Below, in pieces: positions 1 through 16,046 of a DNA stretch of 64,000 nucleotides. Below the pieces are notes generated by a model. That model was given only the letters and a program-made list of their open reading frames with translations. It was not told where the DNA came from and did not search any database. Each line of letters starts with the position of its first letter. The first letter of the stretch is position 1. The stretch is from the human T2T-CHM13v2.0 reference genome, Homo sapiens, in NCBI RefSeq assembly GCF_009914755.1, contig NC_060927.1, one strand, 5' to 3'. A program made the translations under genes and the position numbers.

Positions 1-859
1 CAAAACCCAAACATTCAAATCTTAAGAGCACTGGGAAGTGGACAGATGCCACCCACCTCTTTTTCAAAGGAACGGAAGGGCCTACCTTCAGCCAAAACAA
101 TGTAAGGCTCTTTGGTCTGGAAAAATAAATGCTGAGTGTGAATTTTGTTGAAGTTTACAAAACTATAATGCACAAAAAAAGGATAAAAATAAGCTTATCA
201 ACCACTGAAATTTTAAACCTATGAATGATCCCCTGAAGTTTGAAAGTGACGCAATTCCTAAGCTAAAGGATTACATAACAATTAGTGAGTTTAAAATGTA
301 AAAATGGTTCAAGAAAATTTTAATACACTGATCAACAAAACTGGAACTTTGATGGATTACATTTCTAACCTTGTTATACTGTATTTACAACCTTGAGGCT
401 AACCCTATCTTATCAAAACATCTCTCAGTATTATCTTGGGACACAGATTAGTGAGCTGAATAGACCAACATAGGTGCAATCCTGAATAACATTATTCATT
501 CTGGTAGATGAAATACATTCATTCATCAATTAATTTTCCTAAATAATCTAAAATTTGGCTCAATTTATGTTTTTTGTAATAAACCTACAAGCAAGAAAAA
601 AATTAAGCCAAACCATCACAAAATTTACCAAAAATGGCACCGATGCCAGATTTCTTTTGAAGTCTATCAGAGTACCACTCTCAACACACTTCTTCCTCTC
701 TATCCCACAAATTCTTAAATAATCTGGAATCCATAGCTCAGCTTCATGTGGTCTGTGTATGTGAAATAATATATAGGAATGAATGCATGGTACATTTTTC
801 TGGGGAAGGAGTCCACTGATTTCATTAAATTTTTTAAGGGTATCCAAAAAAGCTTCAGA

Positions 860-2130
860 ATCACTTCTGTACAACCTTTCCCTGGCTACAATTACTACCT
901 ATTTCCTGATAACTCCCAAATCTCCATCTCTATCCCAGATTTCTATGCCCAAAAATTTATAACCAACTGCTGGGTTAGGTGTGGTAGTTCATGCCTGTAA
1001 TCCCAATACTTTGGAAACTTGAGGTGGGATGACAGCTTGAGCTCAGGCGTTCAGGAACATTCTGGGCAACACAGTAAAATAGTCTCTACCAAAAATGTTA
1101 AAAAAAAAAAAAGTCAACTGGGTGTGGTGGTGCACGCCTGCAGTCCCGGCTACACAAAGAAAGCTGAGGCAAGAGGATCATTGGAGTTGGAGGCTGAAGT
1201 GAGCTACAATTGCACCACTGGGCACCAACCTAGGCAACAATGTGAGATCCTACCTCTAAAAAATAATAATAAATTAAAAATAAATAAAAATATAACCAAA
1301 TACATGTTGTACATCTTCTCCTGCATACTTGGCAGAAATCTCAAACTTACCATATCTTAAACAGACCTCATCATCTTCCCAACCTAACCTGTTGCTCCTC
1401 CTGTGTCTCCCTGTCTCAGGGACCAGCATCACCATCCACTCAGTTTGGTGGGCGAGAGAAGTTCCTGTGACTTCACCTTCCAATGACAGAATCCTAACAA
1501 TTCTATCTACTAATTATCTCTTAAGCATTACCACTTCTCTCCACTCCTTCCAACTCTGCCACAATCTTAAGCCGGTCACAATCATCTTACCTGGACTGTG
1601 GCAGTTTTCTCCTAACTTGTTTTCCTGTCTTCTGTGTAGCTCCCCTGCAAAATTCACTCTCCATGCTCCAGTCAGGCCAGACCCTTTCTGATCTGGCTGA
1701 GTTTGGGCCTTGCTTAATTCACACTGTGTTCCAGAAAACACATCAGTGCATCATATTCTGGTCTTTAAGCTTCTGTATAGGCAACATCCTCTGCCTGAAA
1801 CAAACTACTCTACGAAAGTTAACTCCCAATCAACTTTCAGGTTTCAATGTAAATATCATCTTTCTATTAAAGAGGCCTTTCTTGATCCCACCTCTTGACT
1901 CAACACCACCATGAGGACTAATTTAAATATCTATGTGTTCCTATAGCAGCACCCTATGCTTATCACCACCACAGCAATCAACACCGCATTGAAATGTCCT
2001 TTTGCAATATCCACGGTCACTTTAAAATGGAAGCATTATGAAAATATATTATCCACCAATATCCCTAGCACTTAGGACAGTGCCTGACACATACAATAAA
2101 AGTAGGCAAGCAAATATGTTTATATGTTTG
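860..2130 (+). mobile_element. L2 LINE 3' fragment interrupted by an Alu
   Basis: L2-like motifs (aactcccaaatctccatctc; ctcaaacttaccatatc) and 3' end cagtgcctgacacata... Confidence 0.65.
971..1290 (+). mobile_element. Alu, old (AluJ-like)
   Basis: Diverged dimeric Alu with A-tail; tataaccaa on both sides (degraded TSD). Confidence 0.9.
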
Positions 2131-2324
2131 TGTAAATAAACTGCTGTTTGCATTTCCTAGGCATTTAAACATATCCAATGCAGGAATGCTGCCTCTAACT
2201 GAAATAGCGTCTGAGGACAAACCAAGACATTAACTTTTCAATATCTGGTGACTAAAAAAAGCCACATTTCTGTTTAACAGTTAAAAGAAAAACACATGCT
2301 CCCTTAGCAAATGTGACCCACTCA

Positions 2325-3224
<900 letters not shown>

Positions 3225-3585
3225 CTAACAGCACTGTACCTAGCCTTCTGGGGCAGCCTCTAAATTTCACACACATTTATCTAAAAAGACCATGTTATTT
3301 TCTCCAAGAAGACCTTGTTATTTTACCTAAAAATACCCTGCTATTGCGCATCGCCATTTCCAGGAGCTGAACTATATTTAGATAGGCCTCTTCAACTTTA
3401 AGCCAAAAATGTTAGTTTGTGTTATTTTCTCATATTTAAATTTAAAATATTAATGAGCCTTTACTATGTGTTCCGTGCTGTGCTTGGGGCTATGAGAATT
3501 ACAAAGTTACCATATGACATAGTTCTTGTCCAAGAATCTGTAGTTTCTTGGAAATAAGAAAGAGACACATTAAAAGCTTAAAACT

Positions 3586-3890
<305 letters not shown>

Positions 3891-4161
3891 AAACTGAAAA
3901 CTGAAAAGGTCAAACTAAGATCTAAAAATTCAGTTAACTCCTGGACACTTCCTGCCTAATTCCAGTGTGCCCTCTCACCCAGCTAAAAGAAGGTGCAAAC
4001 TTCGCTGGTCTGCAACAAGAAACCTTGCCACAGATGTTAAAGAAAAGCAGACCAAAGTATACACTAGCTAAACGTACCCCAGGGTTCTGCTAACTCAGGT
4101 TTTGCAGGAAATAAATGCCACACATATACACACACGACCTTGAGCACACATAAACATTTAC

Positions 4162-4690
4162 CCTAGGCCTCGGGAAAGTGTCAAAATCGTTCAGAGGCTC
4201 ACAACGAGGTCATAGTAGACTACTTCGGGGACGGGACGGGAAAACGCGTCAGCAGCGGGGAAGTTGTTTCTACGAAGGGTCTTTCTTCATAGACAGGAGA
4301 TGGGCTGTTGGTGGAGGGGCGCAGAAAAGTCCCGATCTTCAGGAACCCCGGTGGTCCTGGGAGGAGAACTGGGAAAGCTCTCGGGGTCTCAGCAGAGAGA
4401 AGAAGCCACGCTAAAGAGTCTCCACAAGTACCCCGGGATTTGACCCCTCCAGCCCCCTAACCTGCCCTGGGGGACATGCGTTCCCGGGCCTCGTCTTCCT
4501 CTAGCGCGGATCGCTACACCCGTCCGAGCCCTCCTCGAGGGCCTCACCACCGGGCGGGGGGAGATGGAACCCGGGAGAGAAGTGCAGACCGCCAGTCCCA
4601 AGAAAACACTACACTTCAGCTGCTGCAGCCCCAGCAAACGCCGAACTCCCGGGAAAGCAACCGGTCTGACCTCACTTCCTGTCGCCGAGC
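4162..4690 (-). other. PIK3R4: PIK3R4 non-coding exon 1 (TSS position approximate)
   Basis: CpG-rich segment upstream of the coding exon ending in donor AGG|GTAAAT at 4162/4161. Confidence 0.7.
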
Positions 4691-4700
4691 GGAAGTGACG
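4672..4700. promoter_or_regulatory. Inverted pair of ETS (GABPA/ELK-type) sites, one overlapping a CRE half-site
   Basis: TCACTTCC-N11-GGAAGTGA; CGGAAGTGACG. Confidence 0.7.
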
Positions 4701-4741
4701 AAAAAGAGTGAGCCTTGAGGAATTGCCAGGGTAGGAAACCG

Positions 4742-4754
4742 GTTGCTAGGAAAC
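4742..4754. promoter_or_regulatory. RFX X-box
   Basis: GTTGCTAGGAAAC fits the GTNRCY-N0-3-RGNAAC consensus in a proximal promoter position. Confidence 0.65.
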
Positions 4755-5093
4755 TAGGGAAGGCGTGGTCTTACTTTGGGCGAGTCTACAGGGAGAAAAT
4801 GATGCTCTGACAAAGATCTATTCCCCTTCCTGCTCTTCTACCTTTCATTCACGAACGCTGAGGTTTCTGACATCCCCTAGAATCTGCTCAGACACGCCTT
4901 CACTCCCAGGACAGCAGAACAGAGTTAAGAGAACTCAAGAATATTTAGGAAAACTAATATATCCCAAGCTGGATTTTTAGAGTTCTGGTGAGATATAACT
5001 TACATACCATAAAGTTCACCTGCTTAAAATGTACAAAGCAGTAGTTTTTAATACATCTATCGAGTTGTGCAATCATCCCTATAATCTGATTTT

Positions 5094-6016
<923 letters not shown>

Positions 6017-6889
6017 TGCCTGATTTTAAACATTTTCATTACCCCAAAAGGAAACCCTGAAACCATTCGGAGTCACTCCCTGTTCTCCCCCATTTCTCCT
6101 CCCCCTTCCAGCCCTAGGCAATCATTAATCTACTTTCTGTTTGTATACACTTGCCTTTTCTGGACATTTTATATATAATATGTGGTCTTTGTGACTGACT
6201 TTCACTTTGGGTAATGTTTTTGAGGATTATCCCTATTGTAGCTTGTATTAGTACTTCATTTATTTGTTGTTGCAAATAATTTTGTTTACCCTTTTGTTAG
6301 TTAATAGACATTTGAGTTGTTTTACTTTTACGTTATTATGAATAATGTTCCTATGTTCATAGCATTAGTCTATAAGTCTTTGTGTTGCCATATGTTTTCA
6401 TTTCTGTTGGATAGATACTGAGGAACGAAATTGTGGGCTCATATGGTAGCTCTATGTTTAACATTTGAGAAACTGCCAAACTGTTTTCCAAAGTGCAGGC
6501 ACCATTTTACATTCCCATTAGCAATATATGAGGGCTCTAATTTCTCCACATTCTTGCTGACACTGTTATTATCTTCTTTTTTTATTATCCTGGTGGCTGT
6601 TAAGTGGTATCTCATTGTTGCTTTAATTTGTATTTCCCTAATAACCAATTCCGTTAAGCATCTTTCTTATTGTGCTTGTTTTCTATTCATATATCTTCTT
6701 TGAAGAAATGTTTATGATTTGACTATTTTTTAATTGGTTTATTTGTCTTTTTATTATTGAGTTGTAAGCATTCTTTATATATTCTAGATACAAATCCCTT
6801 GTTGGAGATATTATTTGCAAATATTTTCTCTCTGTTGTCTTTTCACTTTTTTGATAGTATTCTTTGAAACACAAAATGTTTTAATCCAA

Positions 6890-8120
6890 AGCTGAAATCG
6901 TTATTATCCCTGCAACATTCCCTCCTCCCTTCTTCTCCATCTCAATATGCAGCACTACTACCCACTGAATTCCTCAAGACTATAAATTTGGAACTCATTA
7001 AGTCATCCTTAACATATTCCTACTCTCCCCCTCCTTCCTCACCACACTCATTCCTCCCATTCAGTGATCACTTGCTCTTGCTGATTCTATCCCCAAAATA
7101 TGCCTTGAACCCATTCACTGCCATCTCAAGGCCTAGGCCAAGCAACCATCATTGTCATGATGTCTACATTTTGAAACCCACACAGAAAAGGCACTCCTCA
7201 CTCCTGATATTATTTTGTATACTTCTCCCAAAATTTTTTCTGGGTCTTTTACGGTTTCATTTTGTGCTCTCAAATTTCTGAAGTATAGCTACAACTTTAT
7301 TTTTTTCTAGAGAGTTACTCAGTTATCTAAAAATGTTGAGTAATATATTTCCCCCCACCTAGTTGAAATGTCAAATTTACCATATAACAGATTTCCTATA
7401 TATATCTGGGTCTTCTGCTGGACTTTCTTTTCTGTCCATTGAGGTACTATTTAATTCATCTACCAGTACTTTTAAAATAATTGTATGATGTTTTAATGTC
7501 TGACATGGCTAGTCCTAGAGTAGTCTTTTTTAAATGAAATTATAATCATAAGACATCTATGCCTACATCCTTCTAGAAGCTCCTCCTCATTTTTAGGTTA
7601 ACATTAAAAATCCATATCTTGGCCCACAAAACCTTGCATGATCTGACCCCTGCCCACCTGCTGCACTGTAGTTGACATTACTCACTGTCCCTCTCAGCTC
7701 CCACACTGGCTTTCTCTTTGTTTCTATCCTGTTCTAATTTGTCAAACCTTTTCCTACTGCTCGTCCTTCACATTTACTCTTTATTCTGCTTAGAACACTG
7801 TTTCCCCTATTCTTTAGCCAAAATCTTTTTATCCTTCAAGTCCCAGATTAGGTGCCATCACCTCATGCAATTCTTCACTGACTGCCCCCCATTATATACT
7901 TTCATGGACCTTCTACTTTTCCTTCACAGTGCTTATTATTATTGAATTCTTTTGAGTTTGAGGGATAACTATTTGCTTATTGTCTGTTTTACCACTAGAC
8001 CGTAAACTCCACAACAACAGTGATTGTGTGATTCTTACTCACGAGGGTGTCTTCAACACCTAGAACCATACCTAACAGATGATAGACATTCAACTGGTAT
8101 TTTTTGAATCAATAAATGTG
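6890..8120 (+). mobile_element. L2 fragments with an intervening L1M-like piece
   Basis: L2 motifs and 3' end cctagaaccatacctaacagatg...gaatcaataaatg. Confidence 0.6.
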
Positions 8121-8649
8121 GACTTTGTGAGATTTGTGATCATTAGGGCCAAGGTCAGGAGTCCCAGGACTGGGAACATCTAAAATATATACATAAAATC
8201 AGTGGAAGCACTCAGTTAATTACCAGATAATATTTTTTTAAAGAGTAAGCTTATATTTCAGACTCTGAATACCACGTATGTAAGTGCTTTAGATATCTCT
8301 CCAATAGAGAAATAATGGCATGGAAATATGGTAAATATGTCTCAATTTAGATTATTTCTGCTTTTCCCAACATGTATTTTTCCCCAACATTACATTTTGT
8401 GAAATAACTTGTGGGTTTTTTCAATGCCTTCTATACTCACTACATATGGTTTTCTTTTCTTTTTTTTTCCAATTCTTCGTTTTCTTTTTTCTTCCTTTCC
8501 TTCTCATTCTTTCTTCCTTCTTTCGTTTCTTCTATTGTTAAACAGCAATCATGACTGTCCATGGAGAATTATTTAAAGAAATCTCACCTATTTCTTTTCA
8601 AAGCAAATAAAAGATAAAATTTACTTGCTGCTGTTGAAGTCAAACTAAG

Positions 8650-9130
8650 AAAGAGCCAGCAAACACTAGACCATCCTCTAGCCAGTGTCCTTGCAGCTGC
8701 ATTTTGGCAGTGATGGCTAACTGTCCCCTTCCACAGAAAATAGATGTTTCTGGGAAGTGCCTGAACTATAGGAACCATATTTTTCAGTCCCACGCCACTG
8801 TTTGCATCTAAGTGGAGCCATTTTACTAGCTTTCACTATGAAGTTCAGGTGGAAATTTTGTGTTTCATTTCTAGTACACAATAGTTAAGAGGTGAATGAT
8901 TTCCACTTTCTTTCCTCTTTAACCTGGTTGCAGAAGACTTAAAGGCCCTAGTTAATGCCAGAGCCACAAGATGATAGGAGCCTGTGTCCCCGAATCACAG
9001 CCTGGAGAAAGACCCTTGCTTAGCAGGCACACTCACATAGAACTTTTACATACGCAAAAGTATACCCCATTATAAGCCAGCAAAATCTCATAATTTATTA
9101 ATTATAGCAGTTAGCCTTGCCTTTATAAAT
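8650..9130. mobile_element. MLT1-type MaLR LTR
   Basis: agagccacaagatgataggagcctgtgtccc MLT1-like motif. Confidence 0.55.
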
Positions 9131-9677
9131 ACATTCATCTGCCTGATCTCTGTTCATTTCCTCCCTCTCCTGGGCTGCTTACTCCACCAGTGCACTTGCA
9201 GTCCTGTGAGATGTCCACGTGAGCTCTGCTATCCTTGCATCCTAAGGGAAAAAATAAGGCAAGGGGGAAGGATCCCTAATGTAAACAGCTCCTTCAAGTT
9301 AATAGTAAATATTTTATCTTCTTATACAAGAATGCCAGCTAATACATGCAAAATAAATTATAAGAAATTACCATTTTGTAACCTGCAGTGCAATAATTGA
9401 TTTCTACATGGATTGTCAATGGGTTCTAAAATCACTGGGTAAAAGTTGTAGAACAACAAGATAGTCTCATGGTACCCAAGGAATACCTACAGATTATTTT
9501 CTATGTTAAAAAGGAATGAAAATGAACTTTTTATAGTGGAAAACCTTTTCATAACCCCTTTATCCAAGTGATCAAAGTTAGTATCATTAATAGTAGGACA
9601 CAGATATTATGAGGCTCCTGATATAATGCAATGGGAAATATATACTGTCACCCAGGAAGCATTCTTGCCAAGAATAT

Positions 9678-9686
9678 TTTTGGTTT

Positions 9687-9719
<33 letters not shown>

Positions 9720-10006
9720 TTTTTTTGGACAGTCTTGCTCTGTTGCCCAGGCTGGAGTGCAGTAACATGATCTCAAGCTCACTGTAACTTTTGCCTCCCG
9801 GGTTCAAGCAATTATTGTGCCTCAGCCTCCCAAGTAGCTGGGATTACAGGTGCATGCCACCATGCCTGGCTGATTTTTGTATTTTTAGTAGAGATGGGGG
9901 TTACACCATGTTGACCAGACTGGTCTTGAACTCCTGATCTCAAGTGATCCACCCACCTCAGCCTCCCAAAGTGCTAGGACTACAGGTGTGAGTCACCTCA
10001 CCCGGC
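9678..10006 (-). mobile_element. AluS
   Basis: Full-length Alu; TSD gccaagaat. Confidence 0.95.
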
Positions 10007-10049
10007 TGCCAAGAATGTGTAACCTGAATTCAATCAAGCCCCTAGACCT

Positions 10050-10640
10050 CACTGCTCAATATGATAGCCACTAGTTACATTTGACTATTGAGTTCTTGAA
10101 ATATGGCTACTACAAATTGAGATGTGCTATTAGTACAGAAAACATACAGATTTTAGAGAACTTAGTACAAAAAAATGAAAAAATCTCAATATATTTTTGA
10201 TAAGTATTATATGTTGGAATCATATTTTAGATATATTGGGTTAAGGAAATATTTAATTAAAATGAATCTTTCTTTTTACTTTTTTTTTTGAAACGGAGCC
10301 TCGCTTTGTCGCCCAGGCTGGAGTGCAGTAGTGGGATCTTGGCTCACTGCAAGCTCCGCTCCTGGGTTCACGCCATTCTCCTGCCTCAGCTGGAGCTACA
10401 GGTGCCCGCCACCACACCCGGCTAATTTTTTGTATTTTTAGTAGGGACGGGGTTTCACCATGTTAGCCAGGATAGCCTCGATCTCCTGACCTCATGATCC
10501 GCCCACTTTGGCCTCCCAAAGTGCTGGGATTACAGGTGTGAGCCACCGCTCCCGGCCTCTTTTTACTTTTTAAAATGTGATTACTAATTTAAAATTACAT
10601 ATGTGGCTTATGTTATGTTTTTATTAGACAACCCCACTCT
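10050..10640. mobile_element. MER3/MER33-like hAT DNA transposon, interrupted by an Alu
   Basis: aatatgatagccactagttacat...ctattgag...gaaatatggcta terminal motif. Confidence 0.65.
10279..10557 (-). mobile_element. AluY-like
   Basis: gcaagctccgcc/cacgccattc diagnostics; TSD tctttttactttt. Confidence 0.92.
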
Positions 10641-11159
10641 AGAACCAATTTCCAGCCTATAAAAAATAAAAGGAATAGAAAAATTAATTTAGCAATACCA
10701 TCAGGAAACAATCAGACAGATCCAGAAAATGGAATATTAGCCTGGATTCTTCAAAGAGTCAATACCATGAAAAATATGGATGGACTTTTCTAAATTAAAA
10801 GATTCTAAAGAGACATGAAATTTAAATGCAATGTGTGAGCTTCAACTGGATCCAGGATTAGAAACAGCTACAAAAAACATTTCATGCATAATTGAAGAAA
10901 TGTGAATATAGATTGAATATTTCAGAGAGAAACAAAGTGGCAGAAATGTTTTTAAAAGTTGGTAATTATTTCATTGCTATCACTTCTCTGGGTCTTATTT
11001 AAAAACACCTAAGCTGCCTGGCCTAAAGCTCTTTCACCATTACATATGAAAAAATTGGCAGACAAAGGATAGGGAGAACTAGATTCCAATTTTCTTGGAA
11101 TGTATAATCTTGGGTAAAACTGTTCTTGAATAAATGGAAATGAAAGGGCTAACGTTTTT

Positions 11160-11490
11160 TAAAGAAGATGATTAGTCAAAAAAATCAAAGGATTTCATTG
11201 ATAATAAGTGTTATGGAGAAAAAGTACAGGGTCCACGAGAATATATAATAAGGGGCAGTCAGGGAAGACATGCCCATGATATGGGCATTTAATCTGGAAT
11301 GTAAGAGATGAACAGGTTTTGGCTAAATAAAGAACAATGGGAATAGTGTTGTAAGCGAAAGGAAGAGTAAAGGTAAAGGACTAGCAGTGGGGAGAAGTTT
11401 GACAAGTTAGGAACAAAGAGTAGGCCACTGTGGGGGATTGAAGGGGCAGTGAGTGAGATGCTGGCTGCAGAGGAGGAGGTGGGCAAACAG
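11160..11490 (-). mobile_element. L2 fragment
   Basis: Purine-rich antisense L2 motifs. Confidence 0.5.
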
Positions 11491-11674
11491 AATACATATA
11501 TCCAAGCCATTCCTCTATCTTCCACTATTATCCACTTCTAATCCTTCACCACTTCTCTTCCACAAAAGATTTGAAGTGATTTTACAAAATTAACTCAAAT
11601 AAAAGGATGAAAAAATAAATAATAAATATTCATTCAAAAGGAGCAGAGAAATAGTACTTGGAATTAATAAATTA

Positions 11675-12002
<328 letters not shown>

Positions 12003-12165
12003 GTTAAATTATTAATTTAGCTTTGAAATTGTGGCAGCTAATCACAAAAGGTAAATTTGTGGCTTATGTAGTTCTCATTGTTCAGTAAAGGGGAATAAAT
12101 TAGTTTATATGAAATGAAAAGCTTTTCTTTAGACCAAAATCCAGATAAGATTTTTTTTTCTTTGA

Positions 12166-12537
<372 letters not shown>

Positions 12538-12831
12538 GGGCAAAGTTTTTCTTTTGAGTTAGGTAAGTGGTTTGGCAAATATGGTGCTCACTACAAATAT
12601 GGTGCTCACTACTTGAGATCAATTCAATAATATGTTTATAACATCTTCTGTTTTTCTAGGTACTTCATCTCAATTTAAAATTTCTCCTTAAGTGACTTTT
12701 TCCAGTTCTGTGGATTTAAATATCATCAGTATGCTGATAATACTGTTTTTCCCCTCTCAAACCTTTACCTGGTCACTGAACTCATGTATCCAATATCTAT
12801 TTGACCTTTACATTTGAACATGTAATATTAC

Positions 12832-13129
<298 letters not shown>

Positions 13130-13319
13130 AGAACATGTCATATTACCATGAAAAGTTAACCCTGGTATAGGGCATAAAATATGCCAGATATTAATTCATT
13201 TGAACTGCCCATCAATTCTGTGAAAAAACTGTCCCTGTTTTTCAGATAATAAAATGAAGGTGCAGAGAAGTATATGACTTTCCTAACATCACATTACTAA
13301 TAAGTCAAAAGTGGTAACT

Positions 13320-13628
13320 GAGAAGCACAAAAGGCTGTTTTACAGTTAACTTTGTTTTCATAAATAGAAGGCATACACTCTAATGATATAAAGTATAATA
13401 TACTAAAAATAGCAGTAACATAGTCGTTTATTGTCATTACCAAGTATTCTGTATTGTGCATAGTTGTATGTGCTAGACTGTTATATGACTGGCAATGCAG
13501 GTTATTTTGCACCAGCATCACCACAAACAGGTGAGCAATAGAAATTTTTCAGCTCCATTATAATCTTATGGGACGTTGTATATGTGGTCCATCATTGAAC
13601 ACATTTTTATGCGGCCATTGGCGGTACT
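13320..13628 (-). mobile_element. Tigger3/MER7-like TcMar DNA transposon
   Basis: gaaatttttcagctccattataatcttatggga...tatatgtggtcc motif. Confidence 0.7.
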
Positions 13629-13644
13629 TGTTTTTCCAGTTTTC

Positions 13645-14280
<636 letters not shown>

Positions 14281-14904
14281 ATTACACTACTGATAAAGTA
14301 GTATAAAAAGTTGACTAATTTATCTTGTTCTAGAACTTTGAAGTCACTTAATTCCAGGGGATGTCACTGTGCAGAGTTTGCAGTTATACTGGAGATGGCT
14401 TTTTTATTATAGTCTGACCTTTACGGGTCTCTTGTTTGTAGCAGGTGGGTATGCCCATGTGGCTTGGAAAATAAAACCAAATCCATGGCCTTTAGTTCAT
14501 GTGTTTCTAGCAGCTGAATGTGGTTTGCTTGTAGGAATGAAATGGCCCTAAAATGTTAATTGATTCAGTTTGACAGTGCTTGCCATATCATAAATCAATA
14601 TGATGTTTTGTGCACTAGTGATAAAGTAGTGGTATGGGAGAAGGACCTGGTAGTTATGGGATGAGTCTGGTTGTTTTTAGTCATTTAGTTTTTTTTTTTA
14701 ATGGAACTCGGGAAGACAGAGATTCTTTCTCCTTTTGGAATGCTTGTATGTTGTGGAGAAGGACAGGGTAAAATCAGTATTATTGGCCAATCTTAATCCT
14801 AATCAATAATATTAGACTCTGCTTATTTAAAAAATTACATCTATATTATATACATATTATATATACACACATATTTGAGATCTGATTCAAACTATATATT
14901 TTAG

Positions 14905-15420
14905 CTATATATTGCTGTATAAGAAATTACTCTAAAACTTAGTAGTTGAAAGTAATTTAAAAAATTTATTGTCCATCTATTTCTGTGGATCTGGAATTAG
15001 ACAGGGACAGCTTGCCTCTGCTCCATGATTTCTGGGTCCTTAGCTGAAGCCTTAAAGACTAGAGGTTGGAATTATCTGGAGGCCCTCTTATTCATATGTC
15101 TAGAGGTCAGTGCTGGCTGTGGTGGAGGCCTAGCTGGGATTGTTGGCCAGAATACTCACACATAATCTCTTCCTGTGACCTAGGCTTCCTCACAACATTC
15201 TGGATGGGTTCCTAGGACAAGCATCCAGAGAGAGAGACATCCAGGTAGAAGCCGTGTTGCCTTTTATAACCTAGCTTCAGTGATAGACCTTATATTCAGT
15301 GAGACAGTTACAAAGTTACAACCTGGTTCAAGGGAAAGGAGCATAGATACCCTCTCCCCGACACACACACACACCTTTCAATTGATGCATGTCAAGGTCA
15401 CATTATAGGAAAAGCAAGCA
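14905..15420. mobile_element. MLT1-type LTR
   Basis: attgctgtataagaaattactctaaaacttagtagttgaa start; ggcttcctcacaaca motif. Confidence 0.65.
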
Positions 15421-15589
15421 AGATGATATATATACATATATGTTATATGTATATGAAATTATATATATTTATCATATATATCTCATATATATATATGTTG
15501 AAGCAGTCATCTTTGAAAAACACAATCTGTAATACTATACCATTATCTCATCTCTTGAATGAACAGCCATGCCATATATACAAGTGTTT

Positions 15590-15716
15590 TGATTTTATTG
15601 GCAATGTCTAGAGACATTTTTGATTGTCATATGGGGGATGGGTAGTATTTGCTACTGGCATCTAGCCTTAGGGGCCAGGGATGGTGCTAAACATTCTACA
15701 ATTCATAGAAAAGCAA
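15590..15716 (+). mobile_element. MER20 fragment
   Basis: tggcaatgtctagagacatttttgattgtc...gctactggcatctag...ggccagggatggtgctaaaca. Confidence 0.8.
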
Positions 15717-15851
15717 CACACACACACCCACACCCACACACACCCACACCCACACACACCCACACCCACACACACCCACACCCACACCCACACACACCCA
15801 CACCCACACACACACGCACACACCCACACACACACACACACACACACATAC
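15717..15851. repeat. Compound (CA)n/(CACC)n microsatellite
   Basis: Seen directly. Confidence 0.95.
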
Positions 15852-15857
15852 AGAGAG

Positions 15858-16046
15858 AGAATTATCGGTAACAGAGGCTGAGAAATCCTGTCTTATAATT
15901 TTAAGACTCTACAAGTATTTAGAATACTTAAACTGTAGGGGGAGGAACCAGAATTATCGGTAACATAATAGAGGTTGAGAAATCCTGCCTTATAATATTA
16001 ACACTCTACAAGTATTTAGAATAATTAAACCGTAAGGGGAGGAACC
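15858..16046. repeat. Tandem duplication, 92 + 97 bp
   Basis: agaattatcggtaaca...gggaggaacc occurs twice. Confidence 0.9.

Larger units (their letters stand above)
4165..4790. promoter_or_regulatory. PIK3R4: CpG island / TATA-less promoter of PIK3R4
   Basis: The only non-repeat CpG-dense, GC-rich block in the window; contains ETS and X-box motifs. Confidence 0.88.
9330..10920 (+). mobile_element. L1MC/ME 3' fragment with nested Alus and MER3
   Basis: ccaagtgatcaaagttagtatc...aacctgaattcaatc L1MC-type 3'UTR. Confidence 0.55.

Noticed and set aside
4178-4980. + strand and overlapping ORFs in the CpG island
   Set aside because: Short GC-driven ORFs, mostly with non-ATG starts, and no recognisable homology
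15620-15881. His/Thr/Pro-rich ORFs
   Set aside because: Translation of the (CA)n/(CACC)n microsatellite
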